Assembly: GCF_018977255.1 (NCBI RefSeq)
Contig: NW_024704742.1
Span: 75,828,001-75,892,000 of the forward strand
From: Callorhinchus milii
Lineage: Eukaryota
DNA length: 64,000 bases
Direction of reading: 5' to 3'
Within the stretch, counting starts at the first letter, position 1; each line of letters starts with the position of its first letter. Below the pieces are notes generated by a model. The model saw only the letters and a list, made by a program, of their open reading frames with translations. It was not told where the DNA came from and made no database searches. The position numbers were made by a program, and so were the translations under genes. This document shows positions 25,444 through 37,803 of the stretch, piece after piece.

Positions 25444-28269
25444 CTGGAAACAGGAAGAGGATAGGATCCGGAAATAAACCATTACACACAGAGACCAAAA
25501 AACATTTACGATTCAAAAATAAAATTAGAGCAGAATATTGATAACATCGGAGCAATTTGTTCAACACATATTCAATACTAATACACTTATGAGGAACATA
25601 TCTCAAATATCATAAACCAATTCTCCATTCCCAGCAGGATCCAGAATAAGATTTAATACTGATGTACATAATATCCAGCCTGAGGTGCATTTTATACTGC
25701 TGTACACAGCATTCAGCAAATGTACAATAATACTTCCAGCGGCTTATCCCATCATTGAGATGTCTCAAAGCGCTTCACAGGATTTTACTGTAAAGTATAG
25801 TGTCTGTATATTTGTAAGGGAACACGGCAGTCAATTTGGGCGCAGCAATATCCCACAAACAGCCATGGAATGAATGATCAATTTTATTTAGGGGATTGTT
25901 GGCCAGAACACTGAGAGAAACTCCCTTCTCGTTTGAATTGTGCCATGGGATCTTTAATTTCCACCTGAACAGGCAGACAGCATCTTCGTTAAACGTCTCA
26001 TTCAAAGGACGGCACCTCTGACAATGCTGTACACCCCCAGCACTGAACTGGAGTGTCAGCACAGGCTGTGAGTTCAAAGTTCTGATTTGGGGCTTGAGCC
26101 CATAACCCCTAATTCAGAGGTGAAAGTGCTACCAACTAAGACAGGCTGATACTGCAATTTAAATCAGAAACCTAAACAACTACAACACTTTTTTCTATTG
26201 CAAGACATCGGTTTAATTTGCAGAACATGCAAAGTATAGCACAAAGAAAGAAAGAGTTTTAAAACCCATTTGAAAAAAATGGCCACGTTAGCAGGTAAGG
26301 TTGTGCAAGAGCAGATGTTGCAGCCCCAGAAGTTGCCAATTGAGATGAAAGATCTTTTGCCATGACTGAAAGAACACCTGGAGAACAACTGCATATACCC
26401 CTCAGTTTAAGCACATTAAGCAGAGATAAACCTGGAAAACATAAAGTATCACATTCTGTTAACTAGCTGCAAAACTAGTCAAAAGAATTTGCATTTGTAT
26501 CACATCAGAGCATATCAAAGCCATCAAAATAGTTACTGCGAAATGTAGTGACTCTTTGTTGGCTAGTACAGCATCCGTTTACACCAGCAAAGTTCCACAA
26601 ACAACCAAGAGTTGAATGAACAATTAATCTGGAGGATTGGCGACCAGGACACAGGGATAAAAGTGAGAATAGTGCCACTGAATCTTTAATGTTCACCAAA
26701 AGGAAGACAGGACCTCAGTTTAATATCTCACCCAAATGACGCAAATGATCCGATATTTTAACATAAAGTGTTGGGGAAAATCCCCACCAGGCCCAAGGAA
26801 TCCCCAGCAGTAATTTCAAAATTCCCCACCAGTAAGTTGCCCTTTGATACTACTACTAATAATAAAGGTAATGGCAATTTATTTGGCAGTTGCCAAGCAG
26901 TCACAGTTTAGGCAGTGGCGGTGTTGTATCTGTAGCAAGTCCTCATCAACCACATGAAGCATTGCTTCATCTGTAGAAATCTGTTTTTAATGTCTCTGGA
27001 TATGGGATAAAAGTGCCCTTTTGATTTCAGTCCCCACAAGTCAAAATTCCTGGGTCTCATGGTCAACAGTCACCCTTTGGTATTTCCAACAAATGGCCAT
27101 TCGTTCAGTCTGAGCCTTGACAGTTCCTATTAGTGGTCTATTCAGCCACGGGGATTGTCTTCAAGCGCTCTGAGAAGCTACTCTTTGTGGAGGGCGCTAT
27201 ATAAGTGAAAGTTGTTGGTTGTTGTCTTGCTGAGCAATATCCTGCCTGTGTCAGAGACCTGGCTTTGCTGTGCAGTGAGTCCTGACAAGTGGCCATTGTT
27301 CACATGCGAGTCTTGGCATTGAGTGTAAGCTGGCCACTTGAGTGTAGAGAGTATTACAGCCCAGCGTGACGCTCTTCTGGCTGCTACACATATGTAGACC
27401 AGCAAGGGGGTTGGAAGTAGAATGCCCTGAGCCAGACCACAGCCAATCCACTGAGCAGCCCCAACCCATGGCACTCGTGGACTCCCTCTTGGCTCTCTCC
27501 CAACTCATCAGCGGTCCCTGCCCATCAATATTATCCAATATTATCACCAGCCACCTCTGATGACCAGTACCAATTTAGCCTCCCTGAGAAGCCCTGACTG
27601 ACACCAGCATCCTTAGCATAGGCTACGATTTGAACCAGCAGTTTATACATCGCTCTAGGTACTACACCGTCAGGAATACCCATTAAATATTTGTCTTGGC
27701 AGTGAGACCCTTCACTCATTTTCCTTCAGGAAGATTTCACTCTGGTGCTCTTATTCCAGATAAGATTTTTTAATATGAAAATACAAAATTACTACGATTC
27801 ACATGGCAGGATTCCTTAATAATGACTCCGAGTTGCAAATGGAAATTCCAGAACACCTTTGGATGGACGTCTGGAGGTAGACTATATTGGTTCTACATTT
27901 CCGCAGGTCATATTGAGGTAATTGTAGTTCCTGGAAGAAATCCTCAATAGCAACTTTTTAGCAATAGCAATTTGGAGTCTTTATAACCGAGAATCCTGCT
28001 GAGAAACACAAATTAGACCCCAAAGCTTTGAAATGAGCAAATGTTAAAATCAATTCAGTTTTGTTGAAGTTCAGTGGCACCATTGAGTGAATCACCATAT
28101 TGGTAAGTACCTGAAGGGTGGTTGTCGGCTGTGGAATAAATAGGGATCACTGCTGGTGAAAGGCAGAATGCATACAAGCCACACTGCGCATTGCAGAAAG
28201 CAAGCACAAGCTAGTCAAGGGAAGAGAAAAGGAGCAAGCAAATTAAATTAATTAAAAATGAATACTTAC

Positions 28270-28287
28270 TGCTCGTGATATATTTTC
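28270..28287 (-). CDS. ARHGEF38: ARHGEF38 exon 5, 18-nt micro-exon (KIYHEQ)
   Basis: ttttttaaattag|gaaaatatatcacgagca|gtaagt; phase 2-2; resembles the KKIYMQE segment I recall from the human protein. Confidence 0.88.
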
Positions 28288-29412
28288 CTAATTTAAAAAA
28301 ATAAACAAACTGTAATTAAAAAAAGGTTAAAAGTGTTTTTCTTAAAAACTAACTCAGTACAAAATCAGAACTCCTGAAACGCTATGTGACAGTAATAACT
28401 ATTAAGATGCAATGTTTTGGACGTGATAAGCACTTCAAGGTTATGCAAAACACAAGTCCACACAGGTCTGTCGTCTCACCAACATTTTGCCTAACCATAG
28501 CCCTACATCTCAACTACAGTGACCTTTTTTGCTGCTGTTAGATTACTTTTATATTAGGGTGCAGTGCCATGTGATTTCAAGAACAACAACTTGAATTTAT
28601 ACAGCTCCCTTCACATGCTGTACAGTGGTGAGGTTGGACACTGAGAAAGGGGAGGAGTGCTTCATTTGCCAGTATTAATCAAACGTTATTAATTTATGCT
28701 ATTATTTAATGAATTAAAACAAGGAACTCTTGAAAAAAATCTATTTTACTCCAATATTCCTATTTTGAANTTTTTTTTGATCAGCTGGATGTCTGACACA
28801 TGCAGAAACCCATCACCATGTTTAAGATTATCCAAACCAAACTGAGATTTCCATGCATCCCACTACACATGGAAATCACAGAGGTAGATTTTGGAATGGA
28901 ATGCACACTCTCTTCCTGGAGGGATGCATCCTGCTTACCTAATTCTGGAAAGTATGAGGTGCGGATTGGCAAGATCCAAGGCTTGGGGACCCCAGAGTGT
29001 GTCTTGGGGTAACTGTTGGAATATAACCAGCTAAAACTGCATAGCTTGCCATTGATATCGCTGTCTGGCAAGCTTTTCCAGCTGCTTGTCCAGCTAGTAC
29101 CACCCTACCCTTTAAGGCTTTAGCTTGCACAGTTAACAGGAGCTGAGTGGGTTTCCGCATGTGTCAGTGACTAGTCTGCTCATCCAGGTCTTGCCGATGA
29201 GCCAGGCTGGCTGTGCGGTCATCAGCAGTGCCTCGAATACTGTGGACCCACCTGGCTCAGGAACTGGACTACCGAGACCACCAGAGAGGGCTGACTTGAT
29301 TTTGACATTCCATTGCCCGGCATGTCACCTTGGAGCCAGTTCAGCTCCAAGGAGACCTTGCTTACCTCCCCACTAAGGAGGATATTGAATTTCTTGCACG
29401 TCTTATCTTTGT

Positions 29413-31552
29413 ACAACAACAACAACAAGATTCCATTTATAAAGCGCCTTTCACGTCAGGAGGACGTCCCAAGGCGCTGCACAGTTGGGTCATGACCCGA
29501 GCAGGGGGGAAATGGTCAGGGTGAGGGAAGGGAGGGAGCAAGGAGGGGGGAAATGGTCAGGGTGAGGGGAGGGAAGGGAGGGAGCGAGGAGGGGGAAGAG
29601 AGTCGAGAGGGGAGCTGAAGGCACGGTCAAAGAGAAAGGTTTTGAGACCGGCCTTGAAGGAGGAAAGGGAGGAAGCGGCGAAGGCACTGGGGGATGGAGT
29701 TCCAGAGCCTGGGGGCTGAGAGGCTGAAGGCCCGACCACCGATGGTAGGGCGGTTGGGGCGGGGGACGTGGAGCAGACCAGAGCCAGAGGAACGGAGGGT
29801 ACGGGCAGGTAGGTAGGGGGATAGTAGGTTGGAGAGGTAGGAGGGAGCAAGGCCGTGAATGGCCTTGTAGGTGAGGATGAGGATCTTGAAATCAATCCTC
29901 TGGGGGATGGGGAGCCAGTGGAGGCGAGCGAGGGTGGGAGTGATGTGGTCCCGAAGCCTGGTGCGGGACAGTACACGAGCTGCAGAGTTCTGAATGACCT
30001 GCAGCTTGTGGAGGGAGGTGGCGGGAAGGCCGGCGAGGAGAGAGTTCCCATAGTCCAGCCTTGAGGTGACAAAGGCGTGGACCAGGGTTTCAGCAGCGTG
30101 AGGGGTGAGGTAGTGCCGTAGTCTGGCGATGTTCCGAAGGTGATGGAAGGCGGTGCCAGTTGTAGTGCGGATGTGAGGGAGAAAGGACAGCTCAGGGTCG
30201 AACAAAACGCCGAGGTTCCTGACTGGCTTTGAGAGGTGGAGAGTGCAGCCTTGGATGCTGATGGTGTCAGCGCCTGAGGTGCGGAGGCGCTGACGTGAGC
30301 CAATCAGGAGGGCCTCGGTTTTTCGCACGTTGAGCTGAAGAAAGTTGTCTCTCGTCCAGGACTCGATGTCGGACAGGCAGCTGTCAGGACATCGGTGGTC
30401 GTGGAGTTGAGAGTAGAGGAGGAAAGGTAGAGTTGGGTGTCATCCGCATACATGTGGAAGTTAACTCCATGTCTGCGGATGATGTCACCGAGGGGGAGCA
30501 TATAGAGGGTGAAGAGGAGGGGACCGAGGACAGAGCCCTGAGGGACACCACATGAGACAGTACGGGGGGTGGAGGAGAAGCCATTCGTTGAGACAAAGTG
30601 AAGACGGTGGAAAGGTACGACCTAAACCATTCAAGGACAGTGCCTTGAAGGTTGAGGTGGGAGGACAAGCGGTGGAGTAGGATAGCGTGGTCGACCGTAT
30701 CGAATGCTGCCGATAGGTCGAGGAGGACGAGGAGACAGAGGGAGCCCTGGTCACAGATGGTCAGGATATCATTGGTGACCTTGACCAGGGCAGTTTCTGT
30801 GCTATGGGCAGCACGGAAACCTGACTGAAGGGGTTCAAAAAGAGAATGGGTGGAAAGGAAAGAGCGCAGTTGGGAGGCGACAACTCTTTCCAAGACCTTG
30901 GAGAGAAAGGGGAGGTTGGAGATGGGCCGGTAGCTTGATAGCTGCGACGCATCAAGGGAGGGTTTTTTCAGGGTGGGCGTGATGATGGCAGTTTTTAATG
31001 GAATGGGGACAGAGCCAGAGGAGAGGGACAGGTTGATGATGTCAGTGATATGTGGGGCAAGAAAGTGGAGCTGGGAGATAAGGAGTGGAGTGGGGATGGG
31101 GTCAAGGGAGCAGGTGGTTGGTTTTAGGGATAGGATGAGTTCAGTGACAGAGGGTGGGGAAACGGGTACGAAGGTGTGTAGGGGAGGATGGGTAGGAGTC
31201 GGAGTGTGGGAGGGAAGGGGTGGGTGGTGGGTGGAAGTTGGAGGGGAAGTGACCGCGGAGCGGATTCCCTTGATCTTGGATTCAAGGAAATCCAGCATCT
31301 CCTCGCAGTGAAGGTTGGAGGAGATGACCTGCGCGGGGTGGCGGGGGGGACGGAGGAGTCGGGTTGTGGTGGAAAACAGTAGCCTGGGGTTGTTCTTCGC
31401 CTCCAGGATTATCCTGGAGTAGAAGGACGACTTGGCCGAGGCTAGAGTGGAGCGGTAAATTTTGAGGAGGTCCAGCCAGATTTGTTGGTGGACCGTTAGG
31501 CCAGATTTGACACAGGTGCGTTCAGCAACCCGCACCTGGCTTTTCAGTGAGA
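29413..31552 (-). mobile_element. Young 5'-truncated L2-clade LINE (ORF2 RT and C-terminus, 3' UTR, (TTG)n tail)
   Basis: [67 protein letters not shown] across three frames (shifts near 30605, 30382, 29680); CpGs retained. Confidence 0.95.
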
Positions 31553-32589
31553 TTTGTAGATTGAACTGTGAGTGTGCGAGACGTGATAGCAAATCTGAGG
31601 CCTATTTACTAGAGATAAGCAGGAGTGAACCTCAAAGGATTACAAATTCTCTAGCCAAACTACAAGTAATTCATTCTTAGGAATGGTGTTCCATTTTTGT
31701 ATACTAATAGAGGTGGGCAAAAATAATAAAAAATAATAATAAATTCTTGCATTTGATATAGAGCTTTATTATGTCTTCCAGATGTCTCAAAGCACTTCAC
31801 AGAATATACTGTAAAGTGAATTGACTGTATATTTTGTGACCGAAATGTGAAAGGCGCTATATAAATGTAAATTGCATTGTATTATAATATCTAATGTAGA
31901 CTCAAAGCATAATCTATATCAAGCTACCATGTATAACCAGCCTCCCTAATACAGATTCACTCCAGGTCCAAGTCCTTAATTAATAATAACAAAATAATAA
32001 TCCTTGCATTTGATATTGTGCCTTTCACATCAAGGTGTTTCAAAGAACTTCATGGGATTTACTGTAAATCTGTTTTTGTAGGCAAATGTGAATGAGTACT
32101 GATTGTAAGAGAGCTTCCAATGAGCAAACACCTTAAATATCCACAGTATTTTATTCAGACAAATGAAAAACACTTTACCAAATGTAATAATAATTATTAT
32201 AAACTATCTGGAGCTCTCAGCTGCTATTTAGAGATATGAAGTTCACAGTAGTAATACTGTTACCAAAGCAACCGAGAGCACTCCCCCACAACTTCGGGCT
32301 GGACTTAAGTCCTGTTTACACCTAGAAAAGAGTCTCCTTTGTACTCCTCTGAGACACTACCCTGCATGAGGGCACTATATAAATGCAAGTTGTTGTTGTT
32401 GTAAGTGCCCCACAATAAAAATAGACCAGATGGTCTTAGCCCAGCTTTCAGTGAGCATATCCCACATATTTTGTTTGGAAATGTAACAAGAAGGTCAAAC
32501 AAAATGAGCAGATGATAACTAAATAAAGAGAGGACATCTCACTTGGCATCTCTCCTTCTAATGTTTGAGAACAGGAGGCTATCAATGAA

Positions 32590-32940
32590 GAACTATCAGA
32601 GCTGAGGGGTTGAGGAGTGATATTACCCAGTTGGTCAAAATAATGAAGGGAATTGAGCTAGATGAGGGAGGGGGTGGCTGCTCTTCCTTCTGGAAATGGG
32701 ATTCAAAGCAAGAGGGCCTGGTCTTAGAATTAGGGATAAACCATTTAATGGTGAGATCAGAAAACATTTCTTTCCACAGAGGGTTGTAAAAATGTGGAAT
32801 GCACTGCCCCATAAAGCCATCTGTTTAAAAAGTGTTTAAAAGGGAGAAAGCTAGATTGTAGGGATTGGGGCTATTAAGGATCTAATTACATGGTATAAGA
32901 GATTCAATGGACTGAATGGCCTCCTCCTGTTCCTACATGT
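32590..32940 (+). mobile_element. CR1 LINE 3' fragment (others ~5080-5350 -, 24630-24830 -, 25010-25170 +, 36490-36615 +, 38370-38500 +, 43145-43320 +, 44010-44100 -)
   Basis: Encodes IRKHFFPQRVVKMWNALP; 3' UTR gg(a/g)ctgaatggcctcctcctgt typical of CR1. Confidence 0.8.
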
Positions 32941-33123
32941 ATGGCTGGCAGAGGTCTGCATCCATACAGTACAGTTACTATACTGTATATGCCTGGAACT
33001 CATGCAGGTATTCAGATTCTTTTTAAGTTGTGAGGTAGATTCACCTCCAGTGGATTGTGATGCTGCATAATGTTAGTATGCAACCTATCCTGCGAGCTTT
33101 CAAACAAAACACCCACTACTTAC

Positions 33124-33271
33124 TTCAACTCGTTGACTTGGTTCCTTAAATGCTGTTGAAGATCTTCTTCTTTTTCGTACATTTCAAGCAAAGTGTTGGC
33201 ATCATTGTGGTGATAACAGTAGATTTTATAGACCTCTTCTAATGGAGTCTTAATTTGTAAGAACACCTCAC
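33124..33271 (-). CDS. ARHGEF38: ARHGEF38 exon 4
   Basis: GEVFLQIKTPLEEVYKIYCYHH...NELK; 148 nt; donor |gtaagt. Confidence 0.95.
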
Positions 33272-34300
33272 CTGTTTTAAAAACAGATGTCTTGGAAGTC
33301 AGCATGATAGGTTTTGGCTAGATTAAGTTTGACAATCACTTATTACAGAATAACCTGGTTATAAGGCATCCCTTTATAAGATGGCTTTATAAGCAGGCTC
33401 TCTGTGGACCCACAGTTGTTTTTGGTGTATGAACCAGCCAGCTTCCCACATACTGAAAATGGCTGACTTCTGGGTTGTATTTCCTGTGCATGTGGACATG
33501 TGCAGGAAGTGGTTGCACATTGGCATGCTAACCTCTGCAGACCTTGGATTAACGTTTCATCCAAAGGCATCTCCAATAATTCAGCACCTCACACAACACT
33601 TCATTGGAGTCTGAGTTTAGATTATGAGATGAATGTTATCAACACGGGACTTGAACCCACAACCGTCCGACTCAGGCGAACAACTTAGCCAGGTGGATAC
33701 CAATAGAACAGAAGATCGGCAAACATTTCTTTCCACAGAGGGTTGTGAGAATGTGGAATGCAGAAATCAACCATTTTTGGTATGTGAGAAGCAACTGGGG
33801 TCCACAGGGCACCTGCATTATACACAGACCTACTAAATTAAAAATTGTTCTGTACTAAAACTGGCTCATCTGGTAAGAGTCCTCATTTGTGACTTGAATT
33901 CTTTAGAAATCCAATTTAAAATCACTGCAGTTTAGCCCCAAATATCAGAGGTGGGTAAGATCTAAAGATTCATTACTGTATTAACTATCTTAACTATCTT
34001 TCACAAGCAGCCCAATTCTAGAAATAGGAGATTGTGGATGTGAAGAGTGTTCAGCTGTTGTACGATACCAACTCTGTCAGAGTCAGAAACATTGTGTTTT
34101 GCTAACACATTACTTGGTCCCTCTCTCAATTGTCATTGTCTGATGCCTGCATATACATGTTATTTAACAACTGTTCGAAGATCGAAGATCGAAAGCTAAA
34201 GATCCAGTGTTTATGTACAGGGTTGGTTTATTAGATTTGTGTTGACGAGAGAGGTCTGAATAATAAACAGGCCAGTTCATCACAGGAGTTGATGACTCAC

Positions 34301-34424
34301 CTATTACTTGCATTTCTGGTTCATCGTCGGCTGTAGCTTCTTCCAGCAATGACAGCAGCGTAGCAGATATCTGACAGACTGACTCAATGTTACTGAACAG
34401 TCCATCCACATCTAGGCTTTCCAC
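34301..34424 (-). CDS. ARHGEF38: ARHGEF38 exon 3
   Basis: VESLDVDGLFSNIESV...EMQVI; 124 nt; donor |gtgagt. Confidence 0.95.
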
Positions 34425-35151
34425 CTGTAGACACAGATGTACATTAGTTTAAAAAACACATTAAGAAAGACAATCCAGTTTTCTTCTAACTAAAGAAAAA
34501 GGTCTATTGGTTTTAAGAGTTTAGATGGATCCTAGTTGTGGACAAAGCGTCCAACTTTGGCTTTGGTTACATTGCATTTCAAGCCCACTACAGGATTTAG
34601 AGCCTCTGGTCAGCCCAGGCTGATATTCCAATGAAGTGTTGAGGGAGGCTATATTGTCCTTCGGATGAAATGGTAAACTGATGTCCCATCTGTCTGTTCA
34701 GGTGGACATTAAAGATTCCAATGGCACGATCTGACCCCATAACCACCCAGGATTACAGATTATATGACTGCCATAAACTAGTTCATCTGCAGCGACTGTG
34801 CTGCTGAGGAAGTGCTTTCCTCCCATTCCCCAATAATTATTATATTCCTCTTTAACAATGCAAATTCACTTTGGGTTCTGTTGAAAAATAATAATAATCC
34901 ATGCATTTGATATAGCGCCTTATCATGACATTGAGACGTCTCAAACCGGTTCACAGGATATACCATAATATACTACAATATATATTCTGTATATTTGTAG
35001 GCAAACACTGCAGCACAATTGCTCACAGCAATGTCCCATAAACAGCCACGAAACAAGTGATCAATTTTATTGGGGATTGTTGTCAGGACAGCAGGAGAAA
35101 CTCCCTTCCCTTTTCCAATAGGATCTTTAACGTCCACTTGAACAGGCAGAC

Positions 35152-35472
35152 AATAATAATAATAATAATAATAATCCTTGCATTTGATATAGCGCTTTTC
35201 ACGTCGGGAGGACGTCCCAAAGCGCTTCACAGAACACACTGTAAAGTGAATTGACTGTATATTTGTGGGCGAACGCGGCAGCCAATTGCGCACAGCAATG
35301 TCCCACAAACAGTCGTGGATTGAAAATTACCAATTTATTATTGTTTTTGGTTTTGGAGGGATTATTATTAGGCGTGTGGAGTAAGGAAACTTGCCCAAGG
35401 TTTCGCCTTGCCTGGAATTGAACTCAGGTCTCTAGCTTGCAAAGCGAGTGCTCAACCACTGAGCTACAAGAC
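35152..35472 (-). mobile_element. Young tRNA-SINE, short form, nested in older SINE (34885-35625)
   Basis: Near-identical to 6010-6335. Confidence 0.92.
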
Positions 35473-35747
35473 CTTGATATAACATCTCATCCAAAACCGC
35501 ACCTCTGACAATGCACGCCCCCAGCACCTCATTGCAGTTTAGACGATGTGAGTTCAAGTCTCGATATAGGGCTTGAACCCAAAACCTTCTGACTCAGAGG
35601 TGAGAGAACTACCAATTGAGCCACTCTTGACAGGTGTATTAAATAGCAAAATTGTAACCAAAAATAATGCACTGTTAAATCTGTCTGACAAACATCAAAA
35701 TGATCCTTGATCTTGAAAGGTTGAAAAATAATTATGTTGAACATTAC

Positions 35748-35932
35748 CTGTTTCTTTCTCAAGGGCTGTACAACTTCGGAGATGCACAGCTCTAAATCAC
35801 TCAAATAATCTCTTTCAGTCTGCACAAGCTCTTTGATGATCTTTGACCTCCTGGCCATCTTCCTTTGTCTCTGCTCTTCAAGATCCAGGGCTGAGGTCAC
35901 AGTCTCGGGAATTGCATGTGGCGTCATCTTTT
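35748..35932 (-). CDS. ARHGEF38: ARHGEF38 exon 2 (start of DH domain)
   Basis: EKMTP...KIIKELVQTERDYLSDLELCISEVVQPLRKKQ; ctccag| and cag|gtaatg. Confidence 0.95.
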
Positions 35933-35957
35933 CTGGAGGGGGCAAGGGGAGAAAAGT

Positions 35958-36470
35958 AAACTCTGCAGCTCGTGTACTCTCACGCTCCGTGACTCCATCA
36001 CTCCCACCCTCGCCCGACTCCACTGGCTCCCCATCCCCCAGAGGATTGAATTCAAGATCCTCGCCCTCACCTTTAAGGCTATCCATGGCCTTGCCCCGTC
36101 CCACCGCTCTGACCTGCTGACTCCCTACCAACCTGCCTGCTCCCTCCGTTCAGCGGGCTCTGGTCTGCTCCATGTCTCCCGTCCAACCCATCTTACCATC
36201 GGTGGCCAGGCTTTCAGCCTCTCTGCCCCACACTCTGGAAGTCCATTCCACGGTCCCTTTGCCTCGCTTACTCCCTTGCCTCCTTCAAGGCTGGTCTCAA
36301 GACCCTTCTCTTCGACTGTGCCTTTGGTCGCCCTCCCACCTCTCTGCCTTCCCTCACCCCTACACCATCCCTCCCCCCTACTCGGACCCTGACACCTGAC
36401 TGTTCAGCGCTTTGGGACATCCTCCCGACGTGAAAGGCGCTCTATAAATGTAATTTTATGTTGTTGTTGT
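35958..36470 (+). mobile_element. L2 LINE 3' fragment
   Basis: DSITPTLARLHWLPIPQRIEFKIL...GGQAFSLSAP; (ttg)n tail. Confidence 0.92.
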
Positions 36471-37049
36471 GTGAGCTCTGGCCACAATTGGGGAGGATAA
36501 GTTTGCAGGGCTATGGGGAGAGCGGGACTGAATTGAATAGCTCTTTTCAAAGAGCCGGCACAGACATGATGGGCCGAATGGCCTCCTTCTGTGCTGTATA
36601 ATTCTATGATGATATGAATGATCAAACACCCTCTTCTTCACATGGTAACCACTGGCTTTGAACAGGACCATAGACTGTCCTTTGAGAATACCTCAATTGG
36701 GATGGCTTTCATTACAATAGGTCACTAATATCCGTGATGGCCCTAGTCAGGTCAGTGATTAACGTATCCTTGTCAGACAGCATTAGTTGTAAAAGCTGCT
36801 TATTGTTCTCAATTGCATGCAGTTTAAAACCTGAGACATTTTCATTTTAATTTGTGTCAGGGTGTGACCTGCCAAGCTGGAAACCATTTACAATTATCTG
36901 TCTTGCTTTGTAATGCGAGAAACATATAGAGGGCCAACCATCAGTGTCACCGGTATTACCATCCCCTCAACTGGTTACAAACTGGTTCTGAAGGCTCCCA
37001 GTACAGACAACTGTGATTCTACAAAGTGCAACAGGATTCACAGATCTTC

Positions 37050-37226
37050 GTTGTCTTCTTTGTCTTCCTTGTCCTGCCTCTCCCTCTCAATTTGTCCTTA
37101 AAAATCTCTCCCTCCCAACATGCCCCAGTTCTGACGAAGGGTCATGGACCTGAAACGTTGACTCACTTTCCTTTCTCCATAGATTCTGCCTGACCTGCTG
37201 AGTTTTCCCAGCTCTCTCTGTTTTTG
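37050..37226 (+). mobile_element. Penelope-like pseudo-LTR / retrozyme-like insert with hammerhead motif
   Basis: ctgacgaagggtcatggacctgaaacgtt...cctgacctgctgagt; flanked by direct repeat ttcacagatcttc (37037-37049, 37227-37239). Confidence 0.65.
37127..37163 (+). ncRNA. Minimal type-I hammerhead ribozyme-like motif
   Basis: Stem I AGUU/GACU, core CUGACGA, extra A, stem II GGGUC-AUG-GACCU, GAAA, palindromic AACGUU stem III. Confidence 0.5.
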
Positions 37227-37803
37227 TTCACAGATCTTCAGTTCGATCCATGGGGGATGGGAAGCGAGGATGGGGGTTGTGATAGGCTTGCAGAGCCTGG
37301 CCCAGGCTGCAAAGTTCTGTATAGTCTGCAGAAAGTCATAATAAAATCTCTCTCTCTGAGATAGCCACAGCATTAAGACTGTAATTCTGATAATGTTGCA
37401 GTTACTGTAGTAAGGCCAAACAATGACAACATAATATTCCTTTGATATCACCTTATATTATTGAGGCATCTCAAAGTGCTTCATAGGATGTTACTGTGAA
37501 GTGTAGGATCCACAGACCCTCCTCCTCGCCCCCACCCGTGCCTCCTTTAAGACCCTCCTCTTCGACTGTGCCTTCGGTCACTCTTCCCACACTCCACCCC
37601 TCCTGATCCCAACCACCAGCTCGGTTGTGGATCCCTGACTGTCCAGCACCTTGGGGACATCCTCCTCACATGAAAGGCTCTGTACAAATGTAATTTGTTG
37701 TTGTTGTATTGGTCGGTGAATTTTTGCTCACTAAGTATACAGCCAATTCACTTTATAGTACATTCTGTGAAGCGCTTTGAGATGTCTCCAAGACGTGATA
37801 AGT

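Noticed and set aside
28770..28780. Ambiguous base n next to a T-run
   Set aside because: Assembly ambiguity, not biology; local continuity should be treated with caution
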